Positions 55,017-64,000 of a stretch of 64,000 bases of DNA are shown piece after piece. The translations under genes and the position numbers were made by a program. This DNA comes from Alphaproteobacteria bacterium. Lineage in GTDB: Bacteria > Pseudomonadota > Alphaproteobacteria > UBA828. The notes below the pieces were generated by a model, which searched no databases, had not been told where the DNA came from, and was given only the letters and a program-made list of their open reading frames with translations. The DNA is taken from contig CBDCQT010000012.1 in the NCBI GenBank assembly GCA_965220745.1, positions 832,001-896,000 of the forward strand, read 5' to 3'. Position 1 is the stretch's first letter, and each line of letters begins with the position of its first letter.

Positions 55017-55601
55017 GTGCCGGACATCGAAGCGTCGTTCAGCATCGACCAGCCTGCCAGTCGCGTCTGGGATTTCTTCCAGGACGTACCCGAGGTCGTG
55101 ACCTGCATGCCGGGCACGGAGCTTCAGGGCCAGACCGGCGAGGCGACCTATACGGGTAAGGTGACGGTCAAGCTCGGGCCCGTGACGGCCGCTTTCGAGG
55201 GCGACGCCACCATCGCCGAGACGGACCACGACGGCCGAAGCGCCAGGATCGAAGCCTCGGGCATCGACCGCCGGGGCGGCAATCGCGCGAAGGCGAGCGT
55301 CGCCTACGAAGTCCGGGAGCAAGACGGTGGAACCCAAGTCAGGCTCCACGGTTCCATCAAACTGTCCGGCGCGCTCGCCCAGATCGGCCGCAGCGGCATC
55401 GTTCAGGACGTTGCCAACCATCTCACCGCACAGTTCGCCGCGCGCCTTCACGAAAAGCTCGCGCGCGACGGCGACGAGGCGGATGCTAGTGCGGGCGCCC
55501 AAGACCCGCCCCAGGCCATCGCGGGCTCGCAGCTCACGCGTATCGTCGTGGTGGCGTGGTTCAGACGCCTGGTCGCAGCTCTGCTTGGACGCACCACCTA
55601 A
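55017..55601 (+). CDS. CoxG/SRPBCC-family protein
   Basis: VWDFFQD..V..CMPG, VKLGPV, LSGALAQIGR, amphipathic C-terminal tail; convergent with the Mo-enzyme operon. Confidence 0.85.
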   Translation: MPDIEASFSIDQPASRVWDFFQDVPEVVTCMPGTELQGQTGEATYTGKVTVKLGPVTAAFEGDATIAETDHDGRSARIEASGIDRRGGNRAKASVAYEVREQDGGTQVRLHGSIKLSGALAQIGRSGIVQDVANHLTAQFAARLHEKLARDGDEADASAGAQDPPQAIAGSQLTRIVVVAWFRRLVAALLGRTT

Positions 55602-57994
55602 GAAGTACGCGCCTGCTTGAGCATCCGATGGATCGCGTCGGGCGTGAGCGGCGCCTCGCGGATCGGTGCGATGCCGAAGGGTTGCAACGCATCTTCCACC
55701 GCTGACGCATACACCTGGGCCACCGGGATGGTGCCCGCTTCGCCGACACCCTTGACGCCGAGTGGGTTGAGCGGCGACGGCGTCTCCGAATGCATGATCT
55801 CCGCGTTGGGCACTTCGGTCGCGTAGGGCATCAGGAAATCCATGAAGTTGGCGTTGAGCGGGGTTCCCTCCTCGTCGAACTCGCATCGTTCGTAGAACGC
55901 GCCGCCCACGCCTTGGGCGATCCCGCCCATCACCTGGCCGTCCACGATCGTCGGGTTGATCATCCGCCCGCAGTCGTGACTGCAGATGTAGCGCTTGACC
56001 TCGATCGTGCACAGCTCGGGATCGACCTCGATCACGGCTGCGTGAGCGCCGAAGGCCCAGGTCGCATGGGGCGGGCTGTAGTAGTCGGTCGCCTCGATCC
56101 CCGGGGTCCTGCCTTCGGCAAGCGGCGGCCCGTCGTGACGGCTCGCCGGCGCGAACTGGGTCGCGCTCTTGGAGGGCTCGTTGAAGGCGTAGCGGAGCGG
56201 ATTGGTCGCGGTCGCGATCTCCGCCAGCGTCGCCCGGCGGTCGGTTCCCTTCACCCACGCCGCGCCGTCGTGGAGCTCGATGTCTTCTTGGCTGCACTCC
56301 ATCATGTTCGCCGCCGCCTCGACGATCTGCGCGCGCGCCTTCACCGCGGCCATGTGGATCGCGCTGCCGCTGCACACCGCGGCGCGGCTCGCGAAGGTCG
56401 CCACTCCCCATTCAAACGCTCCGGAGTCCCCCTCGACCACGATCACGTCCTCGACCCGTGCGCCGGTTTGTTCGGCGGCAATTTGGGCGAAGACCGTCTC
56501 GTGACCCTGGCCCTGATCGGTGAGGCCGGTGTTGACGTAGACCTTGCCGGTGATCGGGTGGATCTTGATGTGCCCGCCCTCGTAGGGGCCGAGCCCGGTA
56601 CCCTCGACGTAGAACCCGAGACCGAGACCGAGATAGCGCCCCTCGTCGCGGGCGGCCGCTTGCTCCGCACGGAAGCCCTCGACATCGATGGCCTCGCTTA
56701 GCTTGTCGAGCGACTCCTCGTAAGCGCCGCTGTCGTAAATGACCTGGAGACCGTCGGCGAAGATCAGGCCTTCGCGCGGATAGGGAAACTCGTCCTTTCC
56801 GATGAAGTTTCTCCGGCGGACCTCGAAGCGGTCGAGGCCGAGTTCGTCCGCGAGCTGATCCATGGCGCGTTCGATGGCGTAGCAGGCGTGCGGCCGTCCG
56901 CAGCCGCGGTAGGGAGTCACTTGCACCATCGGTAAATAAACCGGGCGGAACGTGACCCGGAAATTGGGGATGCGGTAAGGGCCCGCGATCGACGTCGAGC
57001 TCACGTGGGCGACGGCGATTCCGTAGGGGATAAACGCCCCCGTGTCGTGCAGGAACTCGTCCTTGAGGCCGATCACGCGGCCGTCCTTCATGGCCGCGAT
57101 TTCGAGGGTGTGAATCTGCGTGCGCTCCTGGGAGGCGCCGATGAAGTTTTCGACCCTGTCCTCGATGTACTTGACCGGGCGCCCGAGCTCCATCGAGGCC
57201 AGCGGCACCAGCACCTCGTCGGGGTGGAACATCATGATCTTCTGGCCGAAGCCGCCGCCCACGTTGGGCGCGATGACGCGTACCTTGTCCTCGTCGATTT
57301 GGAACAGGGAGGCCAAGCCGCCGCGCACCGAGAGCGTCGCCTGCGTGCCGTCCCACACCGTGAGCTCGCCGGTCACCGCTTCCCAGCGCGCCGCGATGGC
57401 GCGGCATTCCATCGGCGCCGCGGTGCTGCGCTCAAGCCGGATCTTGACCCGCGTGATGTGCTCGGCCTCTGCAAACGCCGCGTCGGTATCCCCGGTCTCG
57501 ACGCGGAACCTGCCGGCGGTGTTGTTGGGTACGTCCGGATGTATACGCGGCGCATCGTCCGCGACCGCCTTTTCGAGGTCCATCTCGACCGGCAGGGGGT
57601 CGTAGTCGATGTCGATCAGGCGGACAGCATCCTCGGCGACGTAGCGGTCGACCGCCACCACCATCGCGACGCACTGGCCAACATAGAACACGTCATCGCG
57701 GGCGAGCGGGCGCTGGGTCTTCGGATGGGTGAGGTCGGGAGCCGGTATCAGCAGTGGCAGTTCGGTATCGAGCGCGCCGATATTGTCGCAGGTGTAGACC
57801 TTGACCACACCGTCGAGCGCTTCCGCCGCGCTGATGTCGATTGCGCGGATCTTCGCTCTGGCGACCATGCTGCGGGCGAACGCCGCGTGGAGCGCGCCGG
57901 GAAGATCGATGTCGTCGATGAAGCTTCCCTCGCCACGCAGGAGGGCGGCATCGGCGTTGCGTGCGATTGGTTCGCCGAACTGGCGCGTCGACAC
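55598..57994 (-). CDS. Xanthine dehydrogenase-family molybdopterin-binding (CoxL-like) subunit
   Basis: GGGFGQK, PYRGCGRP, GQGHET, TFASR, GQVMGG, KGVGEAG (catalytic Glu). Confidence 0.93.
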   Translation of the reverse strand: MSTRQFGEPIARNADAALLRGEGSFIDDIDLPGALHAAFARSMVARAKIRAIDISAAEALDGVVKVYTCDNIGALDTELPLLIPAPDLTHPKTQRPLARDDVFYVGQCVAMVVAVDRYVAEDAVRLIDIDYDPLPVEMDLEKAVADDAPRIHPDVPNNTAGRFRVETGDTDAAFAEAEHITRVKIRLERSTAAPMECRAIAARWEAVTGELTVWDGTQATLSVRGGLASLFQIDEDKVRVIAPNVGGGFGQKIMMFHPDEVLVPLASMELGRPVKYIEDRVENFIGASQERTQIHTLEIAAMKDGRVIGLKDEFLHDTGAFIPYGIAVAHVSSTSIAGPYRIPNFRVTFRPVYLPMVQVTPYRGCGRPHACYAIERAMDQLADELGLDRFEVRRRNFIGKDEFPYPREGLIFADGLQVIYDSGAYEESLDKLSEAIDVEGFRAEQAAARDEGRYLGLGLGFYVEGTGLGPYEGGHIKIHPITGKVYVNTGLTDQGQGHETVFAQIAAEQTGARVEDVIVVEGDSGAFEWGVATFASRAAVCSGSAIHMAAVKARAQIVEAAANMMECSQEDIELHDGAAWVKGTDRRATLAEIATATNPLRYAFNEPSKSATQFAPASRHDGPPLAEGRTPGIEATDYYSPPHATWAFGAHAAVIEVDPELCTIEVKRYICSHDCGRMINPTIVDGQVMGGIAQGVGGAFYERCEFDEEGTPLNANFMDFLMPYATEVPNAEIMHSETPSPLNPLGVKGVGEAGTIPVAQVYASAVEDALQPFGIAPIREAPLTPDAIHRMLKQARTS

Positions 57995-58013
57995 GTCCGG
58001 GGTCTCCGTTTCT

Positions 58014-58550
58014 CTATCGCGAGCCGCGCATCAGTTCCGCGCTTCGGCGGAAGGCGGCCACGATGTTCTTGTAGCCGGTGCAGCGGCACAGGTTGCCCGA
58101 GAGAACCTCGCGAATGGCGTCCTCCGAAAGGTCCGGATCGGGATTGTTTTCGAGGTAGTCCACGATCGACATGACGAAGCCGGGGGTACAGTAGCCGCAC
58201 TGCAGCCCGTGGCATTCGCGAAAGGCTTGCTGGACGGGATGAAGCGAGCCGTCTGGCGCGGCAACGCTCTCGATCGTGCGAATGTCGGCGCCGTCGGCCT
58301 GGACGGCGAAGGCGAGGCAAGAGCGCCCGGCCTTTCCATCGATGATCACCGTGCAGCAGCCGCAGACTCCATGTTCGCAGCCGACGTGGGTTCCCGTCAG
58401 GCGCAGCTCATGGCGGATGAAGTCGCTCAGCAGCATGCGCGGGCTGACCTCGCGCTCGACCCGCTCGCCGTTGACGGTCATCGAGACGGCGACACGCGGA
58501 TCGGAGGACTGCCCGATCAGCTCCTTTCGCGCCGTCGGTCTCGCCATCAC
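58014..58550 (-). CDS. 2x[2Fe-2S] small subunit (CoxS-like)
   Basis: GCEHGVCGCCT, RSC, QCGYCTPG, NLCRCTGY. Confidence 0.95.
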   Translation of the reverse strand: MMARPTARKELIGQSSDPRVAVSMTVNGERVEREVSPRMLLSDFIRHELRLTGTHVGCEHGVCGCCTVIIDGKAGRSCLAFAVQADGADIRTIESVAAPDGSLHPVQQAFRECHGLQCGYCTPGFVMSIVDYLENNPDPDLSEDAIREVLSGNLCRCTGYKNIVAAFRRSAELMRGSR

Positions 58551-59416
58551 TCTCGCTCCCGCGCGCGTTCAGCAGCCTTCGCAACGGTGCGCCGGACCAA
58601 TGTCGAGGCGAGGTCCCTGCGGTAGTCCGCGCTGGCCTGGCGGTCGTCGGCCGCCGTCGCATAGTCGCGGGCCGCTTCGGCAGCGCGCGCGAGCGCGTCT
58701 CCCTCCAGCGGGGTGCCCAGCAGCGCGGCCTCGGCCTCGGCGAGTCGCGTGGGCTTCGAGGCGACGCCGCAGGCGGCGAGACGCACGGCGGTGCAGACAC
58801 CGTCCTTGAGGGTCACCAAAGCGCAGACCCCGGCCAACGCATAGTCGCCGTGGCGGCGTGCGACCTCCTGAAACGCGTATCCGGTATGCGGAGGCAGGGC
58901 CGGTATGCGCACCTCGGTCAGCAGCTCGCCCGCATTCAGCGCTGTCGTCATGTGAAACAGGAAGAAGTCATCGGCGGCGATGGTCCGTTCGCTCCCGACG
59001 CTGCGCGCCACCACCGAGCCGCCCGTCGCCACCAGCATGCAGGGTAGCTCCGCCGCCGCGTCGGCATGGGTGATGCTGCCGCCGACCGTGCCGCGATTGC
59101 GGATGACGATGTGCGCGACGTTGCCCAGGACTTCCGCAATGAGAGGGTTCGCCCGTTGAACCGCCGCATCGCGTTCGAGGTCCCGTTGACGAGTCATCGC
59201 GCCAACCCTGATGACGTCGCCCTCGACTGCGTGCCCCTTGAGCGCGCCGATCCTGCGGAGGTCCACCAGCGTCGACGGCGCGGCGATGCGAAAGTTCATC
59301 GTCGGGATCAGGCTTTGCCCGCCTGCCAGCGGCCTCGCCAAATCGTCGCTCGCCAGAACCTCCAGCGCCTCCTCGACGCTTTGCGGCGCCACGTACGCGA
59401 ACAGCGCAGGTTTCAC
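58547..59416 (-). CDS. FAD-binding medium subunit (CoxM-like)
   Basis: GTG start at 59416: KPALFAYVAP, LAGGQSL, RNRGTVGGS, RRHGDYA. Confidence 0.93.
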   Translation of the reverse strand: MKPALFAYVAPQSVEEALEVLASDDLARPLAGGQSLIPTMNFRIAAPSTLVDLRRIGALKGHAVEGDVIRVGAMTRQRDLERDAAVQRANPLIAEVLGNVAHIVIRNRGTVGGSITHADAAAELPCMLVATGGSVVARSVGSERTIAADDFFLFHMTTALNAGELLTEVRIPALPPHTGYAFQEVARRHGDYALAGVCALVTLKDGVCTAVRLAACGVASKPTRLAEAEAALLGTPLEGDALARAAEAARDYATAADDRQASADYRRDLASTLVRRTVAKAAERARERE

Positions 59417-61332
59417 TCCGCGGCCTCCTGGACCGCCTCGGCGGCGAACCAACCGTCGTCCGGGTCGTCGTGACCCGCCGGGCGCGCGATTCCCTTGCTG
59501 CGCTTCATCTGCTCGAAATAAGGCCCGCGACTGAACATGGGGAGCGGTCCACGTTCGGCCCGTATGCGCGCCCGCAAGCGATCGGTCTCCGCCTGGTCCA
59601 CCGTGTAGCGCCGGCTCCGGCGTGCGAGCACGACCCCGTAGTCGTCGCGCGCCGCCTGCTCCGAAACCAGGCCGCACAGCACGTCGTAGCACACCATCTC
59701 GGGCTCGCGCGCCAGCGGGTCGCCCCAGCCGCCGCCGCCCGTCGTGCGGATCCTGATGGTCGAGCCGCCGGCGACGGGGACGCGGTCCTCCATGCCGGCG
59801 AGCTCGCGCTGTGTGCCGTCCGGCTTGTCGATCTCCAGACTGTAAGTGCCGCCGTACTTGCCGCCGTTGACACCGTAGGTGTTGATCATCGCGCGATCGG
59901 CGTTGGAAAGCGCCTCGCAATCTTCGAGCGCGCGCACGCGCTTGTCGTAGCCGAATCCGCCGCGCCGGCAGCCGGCACCGCCCGAATCCGTGGCGAGGCC
60001 CAGGCGTTCGACGATGACAGGGTAGCGGGTCTCAGAGAACTCCGCGGGCAGGTTGCGCGAGTTCGGCACCACGTGAACCACGTCGCTGCCGTCGGCCCAG
60101 GGGCGCCCCGGTCCACCGCCGCCGAGCACTTCGCGGAACAAAAAGAAATCGTGGCCGATGCGTCCGCCGTGCAGGCCCCAGATTCGGATCGTCTCGTGGT
60201 CGGCCGGCATGCGCCCGCTGGTCGCCTTGGCCAGCAGCGCCGCAAAGATTCCGAGCGAGCGCAGCAGCGGGAAGAAGCGCAGGCCCGTGGCCTTGCCGAA
60301 GCTCGGCGTCACCAATGTCCCCTTGGGCGGGAACTTCAGCTCGATGACATCCAGCACACCCTCGTTCATGTCGATCTCGGCCGCCCGCTCGGGCGTCGCC
60401 GCGAGCGAGCGGAGCACGGGCCCCATCCACTTGCGGGCGAACTTTCCGTCCGCGTAGTCGATGGGCCAGTTGATCGGCCCCTTCGCCTCCTTCGAGGTGC
60501 CGGTGAAGTCGAGGACGATCCTGTCGGCGGTCTTGGTCATCGTCAGGCGCAGCGTGTGCATCTGCGGCCCCTCGACGCCGTCGTCTTCGATGTAGTCCTC
60601 CCAGGAATAGACGCCGTCCCGAATCATGGGCAGCAGCTCGCGGCGTATGGTCTCCGCGCAGTTCTCGATGATGGCGTCGTAGGCGGCCTCCAGCGCCTCC
60701 ACGCCGTAGCGTTCCGCTAGCGCCACGATGCGCTGGCCACCAAGCCGGGCGGCGCCGATCTCGGCATCGAGATCGCCGCGCAGATGCTCCGAGAGGCGCG
60801 AGTTGCGCGAGATGATCTTGAAGACCGCCTCGTTGATGTTCCCGCGCTCGTAAATCTTGATGGGCGGCACCACCAACCCTTCCGTCCACATGTCGGTCGC
60901 ATCGGCCGGCAGGCTGCCGGGGACCGAGCCGCCTACGTCGTCGTGGTGCCCAAAAACCTGGCTGAACCCGATCAGCCGGTCGCCGTAGAAGATGGGGATG
61001 GTCGTGCAGAGATCGGGAATGTGGCCGATCCCGCCCGCGCTGTTGTAGGGATCGTTCCAGAAGAAGATGTCTCCCGGGTGGACATCGCCTTCGTCGAAGT
61101 ACTCGAAGACCGGCTCCACCAGGGCGGCATAGGAGCGCCCGGTCAGCTTGCGCCCTTTCGCATCGAAGAGCGCGACGCGGTAGTCGTGCTGGTCCCGGAT
61201 CATCGGCGAGCGCGCCGTTCGCTCGACCGCCGCCTCGATCTCGAGCTCGGCAGTGCGGATCGTACCGGTAATGACCTCGAGCTCGATCGGGCCGAGCGGC
61301 GGTCTTGCGTCCTTGGCCGTGACTGCGCTCAT
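59413..61332 (-). CDS. Hydantoinase B/oxoprolinase subunit
   Basis: RSPMIRDQHD, NDPYNSAGGIGHIPD, GHHDDVGG, GGGGWGDP. ATG at 61332 overlaps the A-gene stop. Confidence 0.92.
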   Translation of the reverse strand: MSAVTAKDARPPLGPIELEVITGTIRTAELEIEAAVERTARSPMIRDQHDYRVALFDAKGRKLTGRSYAALVEPVFEYFDEGDVHPGDIFFWNDPYNSAGGIGHIPDLCTTIPIFYGDRLIGFSQVFGHHDDVGGSVPGSLPADATDMWTEGLVVPPIKIYERGNINEAVFKIISRNSRLSEHLRGDLDAEIGAARLGGQRIVALAERYGVEALEAAYDAIIENCAETIRRELLPMIRDGVYSWEDYIEDDGVEGPQMHTLRLTMTKTADRIVLDFTGTSKEAKGPINWPIDYADGKFARKWMGPVLRSLAATPERAAEIDMNEGVLDVIELKFPPKGTLVTPSFGKATGLRFFPLLRSLGIFAALLAKATSGRMPADHETIRIWGLHGGRIGHDFFLFREVLGGGGPGRPWADGSDVVHVVPNSRNLPAEFSETRYPVIVERLGLATDSGGAGCRRGGFGYDKRVRALEDCEALSNADRAMINTYGVNGGKYGGTYSLEIDKPDGTQRELAGMEDRVPVAGGSTIRIRTTGGGGWGDPLAREPEMVCYDVLCGLVSEQAARDDYGVVLARRSRRYTVDQAETDRLRARIRAERGPLPMFSRGPYFEQMKRSKGIARPAGHDDPDDGWFAAEAVQEAAE

Positions 61333-63371
61333 GCCTCTTTCTCCAGAATGAGGTTGCCGTAATCGTCGTTCCTGACGGCCCAGCCCTCGGGCACCACGAG
61401 GGTCGAGCCGTACTCCTCGACGATACCCGGCCCTCGCGTGGTGAAGCCGCGGGACAAGCTCTCCCGGCGCCAGATGGGGCAGGATACCCAGCCCCGGCCG
61501 CGCCAATAGACATCGCGCACACCGGCCGGGCTTGCGTCGTCCGATCCCAGCTCGATCGCGCGCACGGAGGGGCGGTGCATGCGCCCGATCGCCTGCACGC
61601 GCAGGCTTACGACCTCGACGTCCTGGCTGCCCTCGTAGTGGAAGCCGAAGGTGTCGTCATGGACCCGGTGAAAGTGCGACCACATGTGATCGACGGCTGC
61701 GGCACCGGCAAGGCCGGACGGGATCGCGACCAGCACCTCGTGGCCTTCGCCGACGTAGCGGACGTCGGCGCTCCGTTCGAGCACGATTGCCTCGCGCGCC
61801 ACGCCCTCGGCCGCGATCTCGTCGCAACCCAGCTCTTCGAGATCGGCCCACAGTCCTTCAAGCTCATCGACGGTGGCGGTCGATTGCTGGCGCACCAGCG
61901 TGCGCACGTAGTCGCGCTTGATGTCGCAGACGTGCAGGCCGAAGGCGGAGAGGTTGCCCGGATTGGGCGGCGAGACCGCGACCTTGATCCCCAGAAAGTC
62001 GGCCACATCGGCGGCGAACAGACCGCCGGCGCCGCCGAAGGCGATCATGGCGTAGTCGCCGGGGTCGAGACCGCGCGTCGTCGTCACCTTGCGAATGCCC
62101 TGGACCTGGTTGGAGGCCGCGATTTCCAGCACGCCGGCGGCTGCTTCCTCTGCCGAGAGGCGGAGATTATCGCCGAGCGCCTCGAACGCCTCGCGCGCGG
62201 CATCGACATCCAGCTTGAGCCCGCCGCCAATGAGTGCGCCAGGCAAGCGCCCCAGCACCACGCCTGCGTCAGTCACCGTGGGTCCGGTTCCGCCGCGCCG
62301 ATAGCAGATCGGGCCAGGATCGGCGCCCGCGCTCTGCGGCCCGACCTTGAGCGCACCGTAGGGGTCGATCCAGGCGAGCGATCCTCCGCCGGCGCCGACG
62401 GCCACGACATCGAGCATCGGAGTCTTGACCGGATAGTGCTCGATGGTGGTGTGCGTGGAGAGTTGCGGCGTGAGCCCGCGCACCAACGAGACATCGGTGG
62501 ACGTGCCACCGACATCGAGCGTCAAGATATCGTTGTATCCGGCGAGGCTCGCCATGTGGGTGGCCCCGAGGACGCCGCCCGCAGGTCCCGAGAGCAGCAT
62601 CGTCACCGGCTTCTCGCCGGCAGCCTCGCTGGAGACGATCCCGCCGTTGGACTGCATGATCAGGAAGGGCTTGTCACCGGACTCTTCGGCGATCTTGTCG
62701 CGGGCACGTCCCAGATAGGTCTGGCAGTAGGGCTTCACCATCACGTCGATCAGCGTGGTCATCGCACGTTCGTACTCGCGGTATTCCGGTAGGACGACCG
62801 ACGACAGCGACACGAACGTGTCGGGAAAGTTCTCCGCGATGATCGCGCCGACGCGCTGTTCATGCGCCGGGTTTGCATAGGAGTGGAGCAGACAGACGGC
62901 GATGCGCGTGACACCGAAATCGACGAGATGGTCCACCGCCTCGATCACGCTTTTTTCGTCGAGAGGCGTCATGACGGAGCCGTCGTGGCTCATGCGCTCC
63001 GTCACCTCCTGGACCAGATGGAGCGGCACGAGGCGGGGCGGCTTCACCCAGAAGAAGGAGTTGCCGTAGCCGTCGGGCACGGACTGGCGCGCGATCTCGA
63101 TGATGTGGCGAAACCCGGCGGTAACGAGCAGGCCGAGGCCTTCGAAACGGTGCTCCAGCACGGCGTTGGTTGCCGTCGTGGTGCCGTGCAGGATTTGACT
63201 CAGTTGCGCATCGTTCCTGCCGACGACTTCCTGAATCCCGTTGATGAGGCCGCGGCTAGGGTCGTCAGGCGTGCTCGGCGTCTTGATGGCAAGCTGCTCG
63301 CCCGTGCTCTCATCGATCGCGATGACGTCCGTGAACGTTCCCCCGGTATCGATGGCGATTCGCAAGCTCAT
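61329..63371 (-). CDS. Hydantoinase A/oxoprolinase subunit
   Basis: IDTGGTFTD, HGTTTATN, SGPAGG, DVGGTSTD, GAGGGS; GGAG SD before the ATG at 63371. Confidence 0.93.
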   Translation of the reverse strand: MSLRIAIDTGGTFTDVIAIDESTGEQLAIKTPSTPDDPSRGLINGIQEVVGRNDAQLSQILHGTTTATNAVLEHRFEGLGLLVTAGFRHIIEIARQSVPDGYGNSFFWVKPPRLVPLHLVQEVTERMSHDGSVMTPLDEKSVIEAVDHLVDFGVTRIAVCLLHSYANPAHEQRVGAIIAENFPDTFVSLSSVVLPEYREYERAMTTLIDVMVKPYCQTYLGRARDKIAEESGDKPFLIMQSNGGIVSSEAAGEKPVTMLLSGPAGGVLGATHMASLAGYNDILTLDVGGTSTDVSLVRGLTPQLSTHTTIEHYPVKTPMLDVVAVGAGGGSLAWIDPYGALKVGPQSAGADPGPICYRRGGTGPTVTDAGVVLGRLPGALIGGGLKLDVDAAREAFEALGDNLRLSAEEAAAGVLEIAASNQVQGIRKVTTTRGLDPGDYAMIAFGGAGGLFAADVADFLGIKVAVSPPNPGNLSAFGLHVCDIKRDYVRTLVRQQSTATVDELEGLWADLEELGCDEIAAEGVAREAIVLERSADVRYVGEGHEVLVAIPSGLAGAAAVDHMWSHFHRVHDDTFGFHYEGSQDVEVVSLRVQAIGRMHRPSVRAIELGSDDASPAGVRDVYWRGRGWVSCPIWRRESLSRGFTTRGPGIVEEYGSTLVVPEGWAVRNDDYGNLILEKEA

Positions 63372-63411
63372 GAACTCTCCCGACGCCGGCTGCCCCCGGT
63401 TGCCGGCGCAG

Positions 63412-64000
63412 CTATCCACCGTTACCGGCGCGGCCAGCCTCGATCAAGGCGAGAATCATCTCCGGCTTGAGCGGCAGCGTCGTGATCTCGACGCCGAAGG
63501 GCGCGAGAGCGTCGCAGATGGCGTTGGCGAGCGCGGCAGGCACGGGCCCCGGCCGGCCTTCGCCCACGGCGCGCACGCCCAGAGGATGGTCCGGGCAAGG
63601 CGTCGGCGAGTGGCCCACGGTCACGTTCGGGACATCCGCCGCAGACGCGAGCCGGTAGTTCTCAAAGTCCGCCGTCAACTGCTGACCGTTCTCGTCGTAG
63701 AGGAACTCCTCGAACATGGCGTTGGACATGCCCTGCACCACGCCGCCCTGCACCTGGCCTTCGACGACGATGGGGTTGATCACCGTGCCCACATCCTCGC
63801 AGGTGGCGTAGTCGAAGATGGTGAACTGCCCGGTCTCGATATCGACCTCGACCTTGGCGGCCTGCGCGGTGAAGCAGATCATGGGCTTGGGCGCCTCGAA
63901 GTAGGCCGTGTGCTCGAGCCCCGGGTCCTCGCCGGGCGGCAGGTTGATCGAGCCCATGACGATGCGATCCGCCAACGCGGCGAATTCGCGGCGAATGTTG
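63412..64000 (-). CDS. C-terminal part of a second xanthine dehydrogenase-family Mo subunit (extends beyond the window)
   Basis: VEVDIETG, DVGTVINP, GQVQGG, GVRAVGE, ANAICDAL. Confidence 0.9.
   Translation of the reverse strand, partial: NIRREFAALADRIVMGSINLPPGEDPGLEHTAYFEAPKPMICFTAQAAKVEVDIETGQFTIFDYATCEDVGTVINPIVVEGQVQGGVVQGMSNAMFEEFLYDENGQQLTADFENYRLASAADVPNVTVGHSPTPCPDHPLGVRAVGEGRPGPVPAALANAICDALAPFGVEITTLPLKPEMILALIEAGRAGNGG

Noticed and set aside
55598-59416. Aerobic CO dehydrogenase (coxMSL+G)
   Set aside because: The form I AYxCSFR motif is absent (PYRGCGR instead), no coxDEF are seen, and the context is catabolic.

Overview
High-GC chromosomal segment whose core genes (serC-serA, bamD-recN-ligA-lipB, polA, tRNA-Leu-tig-clpP-clpX-lon, tRNA-Ser) look alphaproteobacterial. 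These are interleaved with many catabolic genes. No CRISPR array, prophage, integrase or intact transposase was seen. Most notable points: (1) a translationally coupled operon (55.6-64 kb) that places an ATP-dependent hydantoinase/oxoprolinase A+B pair between two different xanthine-dehydrogenase-family Mo subunits plus CoxM/CoxS, a candidate 'oxidise to lactam, then open the ring' pathway; (2) a stand-alone toluene-monooxygenase beta subunit (TmoE-like) heading a thiolase/enoyl-CoA hydratase/acyl-CoA dehydrogenase cluster; (3) a two-domain VOC protein whose extradiol-dioxygenase signature is in the N-terminal rather than the C-terminal domain; (4) three divergent hydantoinase/oxoprolinase systems, one an A-B fusion; (5) Pol I with all three proofreading motifs degenerate and trigger factor with an eroded PPIase site; (6) a 271-bp CTAG-bounded, highly structured MITE-like element; (7) a vapBC module splitting an ABC operon; (8) an eda-less Entner-Doudoroff block behind an AT-rich att-like scar at tRNA-Ser. 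All calls come from motif recognition by eye and recalled family knowledge; no searches were run.
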